Of a stretch of 64,000 nucleotides of DNA, positions 10,265-21,149 are shown piece after piece. This DNA is from Piedraia hortae CBS 480.64 (Eukaryota): the NCBI GenBank assembly GCA_010093745.1, contig MU005962.1:310001-374000 (forward strand). The letters are read 5' to 3'. Each line of letters begins with the position of its first letter. Position 1 is the first letter of the stretch. The notes beneath the pieces were generated by a model that searched no databases, was not told the DNA's origin, and was given only the letters and a program-made list of their open reading frames with translations. Made by a program: the position numbers and the translations under genes.

Positions 10265-11545
10265 CGCCGTCGCCGTCGTCGAACGAGATCAGATGAAGTG
10301 GTATCTCCATCCCACTTTGGGACTAGCGCCAGTTTATCCCACGTGGGAATCTGCAGCCACACGCACAATAAGGTTGTGAGATGAAACTCTTTGTACTGAA
10401 TCGTTCTTCGATACTTTACTGAACAGGAGAATATTCCCCGACCTTAGATCCCGTTGCCAAAGGTGTCGGGGCAAACGGCGAGAAACCATGATTTGCTCGT
10501 TGATTTACCAAGTTTTTAATTATGAGACAAGATGAGGACAAGCCAACGCACTTATTACTCTTTATCCTTCCAATTCGGTATCACACCATGACACTGTTCA
10601 CTTTTCGTCTACCAAAGGTACAAGGGGGTGAGTTGAAGGATGTGTCACGTGATGACCATAAACATCGTCCCCTCTGCAGTATAGAAAACTATACATACAT
10701 TCCAGTCTCAGTGTACTCACACTATCGGTTCGTCCCCTTCAACTGTTACCTTTATCGAAGGTTATACGCCCGATACCGATTCTACTGGCGAGATTGGTGA
10801 CGCCTTGTAGTCCGAACTGTCGTTTATGTCTAGTGCCGCGAAAAGTGGCCGATGTTATCTCATCACCGTGTTCTCCACAAAGATAACGGCCTCGTAGGCC
10901 TACGCCCAATGAATCAGTAAAAGCCGAGGCAAGTCACCATGCAACAAACCATGATTCTAATTTCTTTTGGCCAGAAACATCCATCTCGTGTATTTGGGAT
11001 TCGAGGTCCAAGGAGTCAAATGCGTGTTCTCAGATGAAGCGTCAATTGGTAATTTTGAACCACAGTGTGGATTAGCCTTCTGTAGCGCTTGCTTGAGTTA
11101 TGACACTGCTTCTCTGTCGCCGTTTTCGATCTTTTCGTGAGAGTATGATAGGCGCGTGAGTTATTAGCCAATCATGACGCAAGGCAGCTAGCAGGGCGGT
11201 TAGGAGCCAATCATGGTGCAAGGCGACTACGCATGTCTATTTTGGTCACTGACGCCAATGCGATAGCGGACATCAGAGGCCGCCGATTCCTATTGATAGC
11301 GGCCTGGCTGCTCCCCTAATCTAGTTCCCCGCACACATGTAGGTGCCTGATATGGCGGACAAAACTTGGTGCCACATCGATCCACCATTCAGGTTCGACA
11401 ATGCCTTATTTCAACAAACAAATAATTTAGGTGGGGTTAGGTCACACCACGTGATGTGACCGCATACGCTGCGGAACTTCTCAAAATATCATTTGTGATC
11501 CAGGAAAGAAAGGCGAGATACTGCTGGCGAAAGGACGCTGCAGAC

Positions 11546-12139
11546 ATGGACACCAACACCCGATCGCGCCATCGCCCCGGGTCATCGACGGGCCCGGTCG
11601 ATTTAACGGCCTCATCGCCTGCGCAAACTAGGACGCCAGCCAAGGCACGACCGGTGCCCAAGAGACGGGTGACCAAGGTGACTGACGGGGAGCGGGACAA
11701 GAAAAGGCGGCGATCCGTAAAGGCCACGACCTCCACCTCCCCCAGCGCGGCGGCAACAGCACCTCCATCCCCGCTGGAAGCTGAACCTGCAGGAGATGAC
11801 CCTCAGGGCGAAGACGAGGCGCTGCGGGCGGAACAGCTCAAATCACTGACTGCTCAACAAACAGACGCTCAACCCAACAGCCGCCTTAAGATCGGCCAAC
11901 GCACTTGCATTATTTGTATGGAAACATTTACCAATATCACCGTGACGCACTGCGGCCACATTTACTGCCATGAATGTCTATTGCAAGCGCTGAAGATTGG
12001 TGAGAGGAACGCCGCGGGGATCGGACACTGTCCCATGTGTCGTCAGACAGTGCGGCAGAAGAAGGGCAGGTCACAAGGACAAATATACCCAGTATCCTTT
12101 ATGAAAAGGAGCGAATACAAGAGGAGACGTTCGGGATGA
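11546..12139 (+). CDS. C3HC4 RING-finger protein with a SUMO-interacting motif (Slx8/RNF4-like STUbL candidate)
   Basis: CIIC...CGHIYCHEC...CPMC RING and an N-terminal PVDLT SIM-like motif. ATG at 11546; an upstream exon is not excluded. Confidence 0.75.
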   Translation: MDTNTRSRHRPGSSTGPVDLTASSPAQTRTPAKARPVPKRRVTKVTDGERDKKRRRSVKATTSTSPSAAATAPPSPLEAEPAGDDPQGEDEALRAEQLKSLTAQQTDAQPNSRLKIGQRTCIICMETFTNITVTHCGHIYCHECLLQALKIGERNAAGIGHCPMCRQTVRQKKGRSQGQIYPVSFMKRSEYKRRRSG

Positions 12140-12314
12140 TCGTGATAATGGCGCGGCGCTTGACGGAAAACGGACAATGCCGCTAGCCCGAAGTAGAGGA
12201 TTTACACTGTAATAAACCGTCACAACACCGATGATGTGAGAGGTCGTCTGAATAGATACTGCTGGTAGTCGTTCTACTTTCAAAACGCCGTACTCGGCCT
12301 CTTGCTCTCGCATA

Positions 12315-14380
12315 ATGTCTCTTTTCGGTGACACAGACGAATCCGACGGCGGTCCCAAGTCGTCGCTCTTTGCCAACAACCCGCCGCCGACGACAAAGTC
12401 GACGTCTATGTTTGGCGACACATCGACCGACGACGGACCTTGGGGGTTCACGCCGACGAAGAGAAGCGTGGGAAATCGAGAGCTGATCAAGTCTCTCCTT
12501 GCGGAGGCCAGCATACCTGATGCGTACATTGACCGCTTTGACCAACTGCAGACCAACGGATCCGTGCCCGCCGAGGACTGCCGGAAGCTGCTGGAGGACT
12601 GCAGCCTGGAGCTACAACAGGAGGAACGTGTGTGGAAGCTGCTATCGGACAACGGCAACGTACCAACACTGGGTCGGAGCGAGTTCAACGTTCTGCTGGC
12701 TCTAATAGGGTTGGCGCAGCAAGGCGAAGAAACCAGCCTGGATGGTGTTGACGAGCGGAAGCAGAATCTGCCGGTGCCCATCTTACCGGAGCTCCACAAG
12801 CAGCAGCAGCGGGCAGCAACACCCCAGCGTGAGACCGAGGCCGGCGCGCCACAGCAACGAACGCCGCAAAAGAGCAGCGGGGCTTTTGGAGGTTTAGACA
12901 ACGACCCCTGGGCTAGTCCCGAGCTGCACAAGGGCCATGTGCACAATCCGGACGGCCCGACAAGGACAACGAGCTCGTTCACTACGAGCGGCAGCCCGTC
13001 CGGAACCTATGATACGACACCCTCTCATGTGCAGAGTGGTATGAACCCGGCCTGGGGCGGGCCATCATCATACGAGGGCGATCGAGGGCTTGGTTTTGGT
13101 GAAGCAGATGGGTCAAGACACGGCGGAGGAGCCAACCATACAGATCACAGACCTCGCGCTTCTGTAATGAACACGTCTCGGGAGGCAGAAGAGGAGATCA
13201 CCGTAACACTACTGGGAGAGAAAGAGGGCATGTTCATGTTCCAGCACCGCAATTACGAAGTAACATCTGTCCGACGGGGCAGCAAGGTTATACGTCGTTA
13301 TAGCGATTTCGTCTGGCTTCTAGACTGCCTGCACAAGCGTTATCCCTTCCGGCAGCTGCCGTTGCTACCTCCAAAGAGGGTTGCCATTAATGGAAACCAT
13401 CTTGCCGCTGACCAGGCTTTCTTGGAGAGGCGACGGCGGGGTCTCGTCCGCTTCATGAACTCGCTGGTGCGGCATCCAGTGCTCAAGGGTGAGCAGCTGG
13501 TCGTTATGTTCTTGACAGTCCCGAGAGTATGTGCCATCCTCCAAATATAAATTTTTCCACTGACGGCTTATAGGAACTGGGCGTCTGGCGCAAACAAGCA
13601 ACAATATCCGTGCAAGACGAGTTTGTGAGCAGGTCGTTGGACCCGGCACTTGAGCAGAGCCTGTCACCAAACCTCACTGAAACGTTTGACTCGGTGAGGG
13701 CTGGTGTTAAGCGTAGTGCCGAGTTGTACATCAACTTGTGCACTGTTACGGAGCGACTTTGTAAACGTAAAGAAGCCTTGGCGGGAGAGTACGGGCGGTT
13801 TGCACTGAATCTCACAGATCTAACAGCAATATCCCAAGAGGCGTATGCTATCGACACGAATGATGTTCCCCTACTTAACGAGGGCGTGAATGCGACGGTC
13901 AAACACGTCACAGCTGACAGGGAGCTTTTGGGAAGGGAAGCACAGACCTGGGAGGAGGGCCTTTTAGAAGACCTCAAGACGGTTCGCGATTGCTTCGTTA
14001 GCATGCGCGAAATGTTTGAGCGGCGTGACAAATATGCGCGCAACAACATTCCTCAACTCGAGCGGCGTATTCAGCAAAACGAGCAGAAACTGCAATATAT
14101 CAAGGCAAAAGGCGACGCAGCTAAACCCGGCGAAGCGGAAAAAGTTGAGACGGCGATTGTAAACGACAAAAACTCCATTACAAACCAGCACGCACGCGGC
14201 GTTTTCATCAAGGAATGCATTCGGGATGAAATCCTCTATTTCAATTCGGCCCAATACCGCATATCTCGCATGTGTCAGGACTGGGCACAAAAGCGTCTCA
14301 AGTTTGCAGAATTCAGGGTGGACAACTTACGGGCGCTGGTCGATGCAGTTGACAGCATGCCGACAGATGCCACGAATTGA
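12315..14380 (+). CDS. MVP1: Sorting nexin Mvp1/SNX8 (PX-BAR)
   Basis: PX motif RRYSDFVWL...LPPK. Exons 12315-13526 and 13574-14380; the 47-nt intron GTATGT...CTGAC...TAG restores VPRELGVWRKQA. Confidence 0.93.
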
Positions 14381-14529
14381 ATCCCCACACAAAGCGTTTG
14401 ATGACGTGCGAGATGTTTTGTATACAGATTTGAACCCCCACGTTCATAAAAATGTTTCATACAGTTGTATGTATATTCTTTAGTGCATGGTCACGTGTGC
14501 ACCGAACCCACCTAGGTTGCACGAAGGCT

Positions 14530-14571
14530 GATGATGATGATGATGATGGCGATGATGATGATGGCGATGAT
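14530..14571. repeat. Interrupted (GAT)n microsatellite, intergenic
   Basis: GAT units with two GGC interruptions. Confidence 0.9.
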
Positions 14572-14580
14572 TGTTTTTAC

Positions 14581-14830
14581 GCCTGGGCAGAAGCGGCCGC
14601 GTACGGCCGCACGCAGCCTCCCGAGGGGCTAGTCTAGGCCCTACTTACAGAACATGTTCAGCTTAGCCAGCAGATCGAACCCCGTGGGGTGGTGTTGCGC
14701 GCATGTCGTTCGCACAACTCCCCTGCTGCACGATGGCTGACTACACCCATCATGCGTCAAAGATTAAGGTCTGGCCCGTCCCCGGAGAGGGGCACGATTC
14801 CCATTTCGGGAAAGTGAAATGATTCACACA
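14581..14830 (+). ncRNA. Candidate structured ncRNA with H/ACA-like features
   Basis: Several complementary stems, ANANNA (ACAGAA 14647-14652) between two structured domains, and ACA at 14743-14745 after the second domain. No family recognised. Confidence 0.35.
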
Positions 14831-15144
14831 AGTCCACAACTCTGGTTGCATGGGAATGCCTCGGGTTGAATAGTCAGGTAGCAGGATACCAGCGTAATTC
14901 GTACATGAGATAGGTGTTGGGAAGCAACAAAGAGCAAAGTGGGAATTGGGAATTGGGCGGTGAGGGGTCGAAGCCCCACGTGATGTCATTTAAGAAGGTC
15001 CTCAAGACCGCAATCAAACGTTTGCGGCGGGGAGGAAAAGAGCGGAAACGGTCAAGGCTAGGCGGTGAAGCTGCCCAGCCACAGGGGAAAACTCCACCGC
15101 CAGAGGCGCCGCGTGACACCGAAATCAAAAGCAACACAACAATC

Positions 15145-16016
15145 ATGCCACCAGCATACACGTATCAGCAAAAGGTGGCTCTTGCCACCTTCATAGAACT
15201 GACTGGAGAGAAGGAGAAGGCAGTGGCCGTTAAGGCGTTGAAGCAGAGCAACTGGAGCATGGAGGCGGCCATTAACTAGTGCGTTGGAGTCCTGCGGCTG
15301 GGAGTTTCGCTGACCAGATCCAATGCAGTTACTACAGAAGAGCGGCTCAGAAAACTGGAGAACAGCAAGCGAACCGCAATGCCCTCAACAAGCTGTTTGA
15401 CAAGTACCGCGAAGACCCAAAGGATACTCCAAATGAGATCAACGTAGAAGGCACAAGCCGCTTGCTGGGCGACATGGGAATTGCCCTCGATGAGATCGGA
15501 GCTCTGGTTTTCATGGAGCTAGTTGGTGCACCGTCGCTGGGCCGTCTTACGCGCGAAGGGTTCCTCGCCAAGCCGACGAAACTCGGCATCAGTACGTTGG
15601 CCCAGATGAAGAGCAAGGTAGGCGATCGGGTCGCAAGTCTGCCAAAGGATCAGGCCCTTTTCGACTCGGTCTACAAGCACACGTTTGAGATTGCTTTGGC
15701 CCCCGGCGCGCGGATGATCCCGCTGGAGGTAGCGACCGAGTGCTGGCGCCTCATGTTCGGACCGCAGGGATTCGAATGGAAGACGGCTAATGGCACGCCC
15801 TGGCTTGATGTGTGGATCGACTTCCTCCAAGACAAGCATCCACGTCCGGTGAACCGTGACCTCTGGAAGCAACTGCATGTATTTGTTAAGGCCACGATGG
15901 AGGACGACACGCTTTCGTTCTGGAGCGAGGAAAGTAGCTGGCCCAGCATCATTGACGAGTTCGTTGCCCACATGCAGGAGAAAAAGAGCCAAGAAGACGC
16001 TATGGACATTGAGTAG
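15145..16016 (+). CDS. DCN1: Defective in cullin neddylation protein (UBA-like plus PONY domain)
   Basis: Exons 15145-15278 and 15329-16016 (50-nt intron GTGCGT...CTGAC...CAG). Motifs LKQSNW..EAA, VNRDLW and SWPSIIDEFV. Confidence 0.92.
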
Positions 16017-16183
16017 GCAGCTACCTATACCCGGGCATTCGACCCATGATTGTCATGACGAATCCTTAGCATGAGATATATAGATGAAGTCGATGTCGCT
16101 GATCACGAGCCAGAATTAGGTATGCCAAAGCATTACATCATAACCCCTGCGATACACCAAGAAAAATACAGGGCCCTGAAACG

Positions 16184-17617
16184 CTAATCGGAGGCAGGAA
16201 CACCACTCAGGACGCGGGACAGCGAGACCACCTCGTCGACGGTGACGGCGTCGTCATTGAACGGAGTGTGGCTGTCATAACTAAACTTTCCCGGCGCGCC
16301 CTTCAAGAGGCCGTGGAACTCGTCGATGCTGCCCGAGAACCAGCCCGTGGTTGCATCGAAGCGATCCCCGCCCACCGCGTCCATGTCAAAGGCTTCGACG
16401 TCTTCCTCGTCGTGGCTCGCCAGACCGGGTGGCGGTGGTCGGAACTCGTAGGTCGGCGACACAACCGCGTCCTGTGACGAGTCAGAGTCGTACATGACAT
16501 GGACAAGCTCGCTCTCGTCGTCTGAGGCCGGGACGTCCGCCACGATGAAATCGTCTGTCTCCCGTTCGAGCGGCACATCGTCGTTGGTGGCTTGGGCGGC
16601 TCGTCCTAACATCAGTTGTTGTTGGAGCTCTGCCAACGCCGTACGTAAGCGCGCCCGGCCGCGCGAATTGGACATGTGCTCCATCTGCTGCTCCGTCTCC
16701 TGCACGCGGAGCAAGAGTTCAGTCAGACGCTCGTGGTCGTCCGCAGCTTCCGATGGTCCATCCGCAACAGCAATGTCGTCGAATACCCGATGGAACTCGC
16801 GCATCATCGAGGGATCTGGAATGGCGAAGACAATCTCCTGAATGCTCAGCCACTGTTCTGCGTTCGGCCGTCGCTGCCGCGGGCCTCCGACGATGACTTT
16901 TCGCCAAATCTTGGCAACGTCCAGCGCAGGATTGCCGTAGGAGCCGCAGCCCCAGGCGCCCAGCACCAGCGTCGTTGCGTTCTTGCTCTCGGCCATCCTC
17001 ATGACGGCCTTCATCTTGCGCATGACAAGCTCGCGGTCGCGGTCGCAATAACTCATCCCGCAACTACAGGCATTACCGAAGCCGGTATCCGACCTCCGCC
17101 GGGCATCTGGAAATCTGAATGTCCCCGCTGTGATGACGTTGACAAAGAATCGTTCGCGTTCGGGCAGCGGATTGGCGGCAGCGTCTCGGAACACCAGAAC
17201 ATCAGGAGTCCACACCCCGCCAACCTCGGGCAGCGGGTAAAATGATCCGCGGAGTGACGAATACAGGGTCGTTCGTTGGCACAAGAACTCTTCCTGGCCA
17301 TTGCCGCCGTCCAGGAAACCGCCTCCTGGTCTCTGCTCAGACGCCATATTCAATACGGCCGTCGTGGAGTCCGTCCGACGTCGTAGCCTGGCCGCGGCCG
17401 TTAACGTGTCAAACGACGACAGGCGGATCGTAGGTGGTGCGCGCGCACACGAAGGCATCGCCTCCGGATTTGCGATGAGCTCGGCATTTTTGAGGCCGTC
17501 TGTAGCCCGCCGACTGGTGCGTAGCACATCGGGCACTGTCCGGGTAATTGTTTCCTTGGCCCTCTGGGCCCTCTCGTCGCGACGGTTGCGGTGAAGAGGC
17601 ATCTCGTTGGGCTTCAT
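16184..17617 (-). CDS. Microbial-type poly(ADP-ribose) glycohydrolase (TIGR02452/DUF2263 macrodomain family)
   Basis: VLNMAS..PGGGFLDGGNGQEEFLCQRT catalytic loop and LVLGAWGCGSYGNP, followed by a coiled coil and an acidic tail. Confidence 0.88.
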   Translation of the reverse strand: MKPNEMPLHRNRRDERAQRAKETITRTVPDVLRTSRRATDGLKNAELIANPEAMPSCARAPPTIRLSSFDTLTAAARLRRRTDSTTAVLNMASEQRPGGGFLDGGNGQEEFLCQRTTLYSSLRGSFYPLPEVGGVWTPDVLVFRDAAANPLPERERFFVNVITAGTFRFPDARRRSDTGFGNACSCGMSYCDRDRELVMRKMKAVMRMAESKNATTLVLGAWGCGSYGNPALDVAKIWRKVIVGGPRQRRPNAEQWLSIQEIVFAIPDPSMMREFHRVFDDIAVADGPSEAADDHERLTELLLRVQETEQQMEHMSNSRGRARLRTALAELQQQLMLGRAAQATNDDVPLERETDDFIVADVPASDDESELVHVMYDSDSSQDAVVSPTYEFRPPPPGLASHDEEDVEAFDMDAVGGDRFDATTGWFSGSIDEFHGLLKGAPGKFSYDSHTPFNDDAVTVDEVVSLSRVLSGVPASD

Positions 17618-18409
17618 GGTTGCAGTTTGCCGAGGAGAATAATATCAGAGACTATTGATGTGCGAACAAGATGTTGTACTTGTATACACTTCGTCACCCC
17701 ACGGACCGGGCTCGGTGGTTTAATCTTAGCAAGGTGCAAGATCACTGCTCCTCCTGTGCTTACAAAGTGTGCAAAGCAGACGGCCGGATGGAGGGAGCGA
17801 CTTTACTGACATGTGAAAGTCCCAAGACGGAAAGGCGCGAACGCCTCGGAATAGAGTCAGCAGAGGCGCTCCCGGCCCCAACGGTTTTTCCCCCGATCGT
17901 GGCCTGAACCGCACGCGAGACGTCACGCGATTCAGGCCCACTACCAAAATCGTCTCACGATGATGGGCTGTCAACACGACCAACCCGCTCTTTTGATCTC
18001 CGTCCACCGCCCCCGCCATCCCTTTGTCCCCAACTGCTTTGTTTTACAGAAGCCACCCGGAATAAAGTGGTGGGATCAAGGTTTGACGCTGCCCTCTCCT
18101 TGGCTCCTTGGTAGGTGAGCATCCGTGACAGTTTCGCGACCCCGCCTTCGGGAATGCCACGATCATCCAATCAACCTATAGCGACTTAATAAACCGCCTA
18201 TACCGGCCTAATGGTATAACATCATATGCACGTGCATCCAACTCCGAGGCTTGACCACTTACAAACTGGATAGCGGGCCATAGCATGACACTGCTTGTTC
18301 ATGCATGAGTCAATTGCTAAACGCTTCGGGACTAACCATGTTTTGAGGCCCGAGGCGAAACTTTAGTTTTATGGGATGAAACTCGCACGAGCGATGAGCA
18401 ACCGCCGTC

Positions 18410-18430
18410 AAAAAAAAAAAAAAAAAAAAA
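18410..18430. repeat. A21 homopolymer
   Basis: 21 consecutive A. Confidence 0.95.
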
Positions 18431-19449
18431 GAGTCTTGGGATATTTTCTGCTAGCTGAATGGCTTTAATGACAGAAGTCAATCCTGTCGTGATCTAAATC
18501 TGTCACCGGGGCTGATTACATGACCTCACTCACCATCACTTCGGTATCTAATCGATATACCGCGGCCATGAAACGTATTATCTCACACTTGTTTCTCATT
18601 GTTGCATCCGGTTTTTATGCGTTCATGAGTTAACACATACAATGTGCGTTTGAAAAGGTAAAAATATATCCGTCGTGTATGCTTTATGACCAGGAACAAA
18701 GCGCTCGAGCCGGGCTACGAGTCAAAATGCGAGAAACGAACCATATGTTGATAGTTGCATCGATATCGAAACCTCTCGGCGACAATCAAGGCAGTTCACA
18801 TTGATGTTTGCGCAGCCGAAGGTGTTTGCCGATGTCAGCCAAGGAACAAAGAAGCCCCAAGAAGCAGGTATGCTTGACAAACACATGTCTATTGCCATAA
18901 TTCCCTCGATCCTTCCTCCTCTGCATGAAAGTCTACCTTCTGACCCACTCATCCGCGCTGCTTATCATGATGACCAGTCACCATGACCGACTATCTGGTT
19001 TAGGATCCAAGGCACATCTATGGTTGTATTCACCTCCAAACATAGAATGTTTGCGGTCAGTATCTTGCAAGGTGCTTGGTGTTCGCGACGATACGTCGAA
19101 GAGCCTCCTCTATAATGACGTTCCACACGAATGCCCACACTTTGCATCAGTTTTTTCACCGCGTACGTATATAATGCACACAGGCACGATCCGCCGCATC
19201 CACATATGTACACACGCATGGACCTCTCACAATACCCCCCACGCCTTGTCTTCTGCACAAGAAATTTTTTATTATTCCCGTCTTTGGTTTCCCAATGGTC
19301 TTCATACCGTGCTATTGAGCCAGTCCAGGTCTTTATTATGCAGATGCTCAAATAATAGCCTCATTCGGTCCTCTATCTTAAAGATAGACACTTATCCAGC
19401 AAACGAAAGGACATCTGGTATCCCTTTCCTACGACGAATCGAAGCGAGT

Positions 19450-20300
19450 GGGGAGACCGCCTACAAGACCATCGCCGCACTAGAGGCGGCAAAGCGAGAC
19501 CTTTGATATGATAGCTCTTCAACGGCGCTATGGGAAAATTTTCGTAGTAAAGACTGTTCTTTGCAGGCGATAGAACGCGAAGCCAGTTGAGATCAAATTA
19601 CTGACAGAAACTTTAGAGAGGCATCAAACCTAGTTGCCATCACGGATCACTTCATGTGCAATATAAGAAAAGAACCGAACTGGAGCTTCGTGATTGAATG
19701 TTGCACTGGTGGCAACCTGCACTAGTGCATAAGGCACTGGTACCAGATGTTGCGCAATCAAGGTTGGCTGGTTCCGACGGTCTTCATCACACACTTTGTG
19801 GCTGATCTGGCCTCTGCCCTGGGTTACCTACACCTGAGAATCCACGACATCCATGACCTCGACCGAGTCGAAGCCCATCACCATCGAATCCTCCACCGGG
19901 ACATTAAGCGTCAAAACATTGCTCTGCGGTGGATGACCGGGAACCAAAACAGCCTGCCAAACCTTGTCCTGGGGAACTTTGACCTGGCTTGTTTCGTGGT
20001 TGCCGGCCGCGAAGTTTGCGGTACTCCAGGTTACGTCGAATGCACAGGCCGTGCAGCACCAGGTACAAGTGTCACGGTCCGATATATCTTGTTTCGGAGC
20101 TACGCTCTGGAGCGTGTGCACCACAGCACAAATCAACAACACTATCCTACTGAGCGGCATGACGTCGACTGCATCAAAAGACATATCGGCAACTGGCCAT
20201 TGCGAGGGCCCCGGTTCTCATGTCCCTATTAGTCTGATCTCTCGATGACCAGCAACTCGCGAGACCGAGCTTCAGAGAGCTTGTTGATATTGGAAGAAGG
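19450..20300 (+). pseudogene. Ser/Thr protein kinase pseudogene
   Basis: Subdomains in order across stops and frameshifts: GKIFVVK (~19532), EIKLL, RH-/NLV, IECCTGGNLH*, ILHRDIKRQNI (HRD at 19894), LGNFDLA (decayed DFG) and CGTPGY. Ends approximate. Confidence 0.8.
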
Positions 20301-20964
20301 CTGAAGCGCCAGGTTGCGATAGAGTCGCGAGGTTTAGCATTTCCGCTAGGCACGTTTCCTCGGGAATTTAATGAGGTTACCCGTCGATAGAGTCCATCGC
20401 AAGGTAAAGGTTCAATGCTCTAGGCTAGAAATTTTCTTCCACACATTTTCTCCCAGTTCGTGATAGGTGTTTGGGGAGTATCATGCGCACATTAAATCGA
20501 CAGGTGACACATGTGTGGCTGACGTATCACGCCAAGACAGTCAATCACCCCACATCTTACCAAAGTTTCCTGTAGCAAGACATACCAAGACCATGTTATG
20601 ACAATACACGCAAGGCGCAAGAGTTTGCCCAATGAGGCATCCAACATGAACCTCTCAGTAAGCTGTTTTTACAAGGCACCTGTTGCTACCAAGTGCAAGG
20701 TTACTGTAGTGTGCACACGTATGCCCGCTGTGAAACGAACAGAAAAGTAACGGACTTCTTATGAACGCGACAGTTCGCCAGTGGTTTACATGACCATGTC
20801 AGACTCACGCCATTTCTCCCGCTATTGCAACATTAAAACTGTCTATCGAAAATGCTGCCAACGAGTTCGCGTTCATCTGGATATCAATCATCTCGACTGA
20901 TTTTAAAACGAGACCTGAGAACTACTGGTTCAGTGTTTGCTGTTATTCTAAGGCAATCTCCAAT

Positions 20965-21111
20965 GGCTTTCCCATCTGCGCCAAGACGCAGACAATCACC
21001 ACGGATGATGCGAGCGACAACGACACTGTGATGGAAGATCTGATCAGCTCGCTACCCTACAGCAACACAATAACTGTCTGTGCAAAAGTCATTATACTTC
21101 AAGGGCTGTGA
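20965..21111 (+). mobile_element. hAT-superfamily transposase relic
   Basis: GFPICAKTQTITTDDASDNDTVMEDL...CAKVIILQGL* resembles the hAT second catalytic Asp motif ITTDNASNN..M. No intact ORF or TIRs seen. Confidence 0.55.
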
Positions 21112-21149
21112 TTATCACGGCGTCAAGACGCATTCTGCTGGTTATGGGT

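Noticed and set aside
10431..10489. ATATTCC and AAACCAT resembling the snR30/U17 m1 and m2 motifs
   Set aside because: No basal stem joins the flanks, and there is no ACA box 7 nt after m2.
14662..14746. Short matches complementary to U2 snRNA (CTTAGCCA, ACTACAC)
   Set aside because: Only 7-8 nt each, and in the wrong order for either a U2 gene or an H/ACA guide.
14660..14750. GGTTCGATC B-box-like motif on the minus strand suggesting a tRNA
   Set aside because: The T-stem and acceptor stem do not pair, so there is no cloverleaf.
18410..18430. A21 tract as a retroposon tail
   Set aside because: No target-site duplication or upstream SINE/LINE features were seen.
18925..19506. 193-aa ORF in the accessory tract
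   Set aside because: No motifs and low-information composition; only its last codons may belong to the kinase relic.
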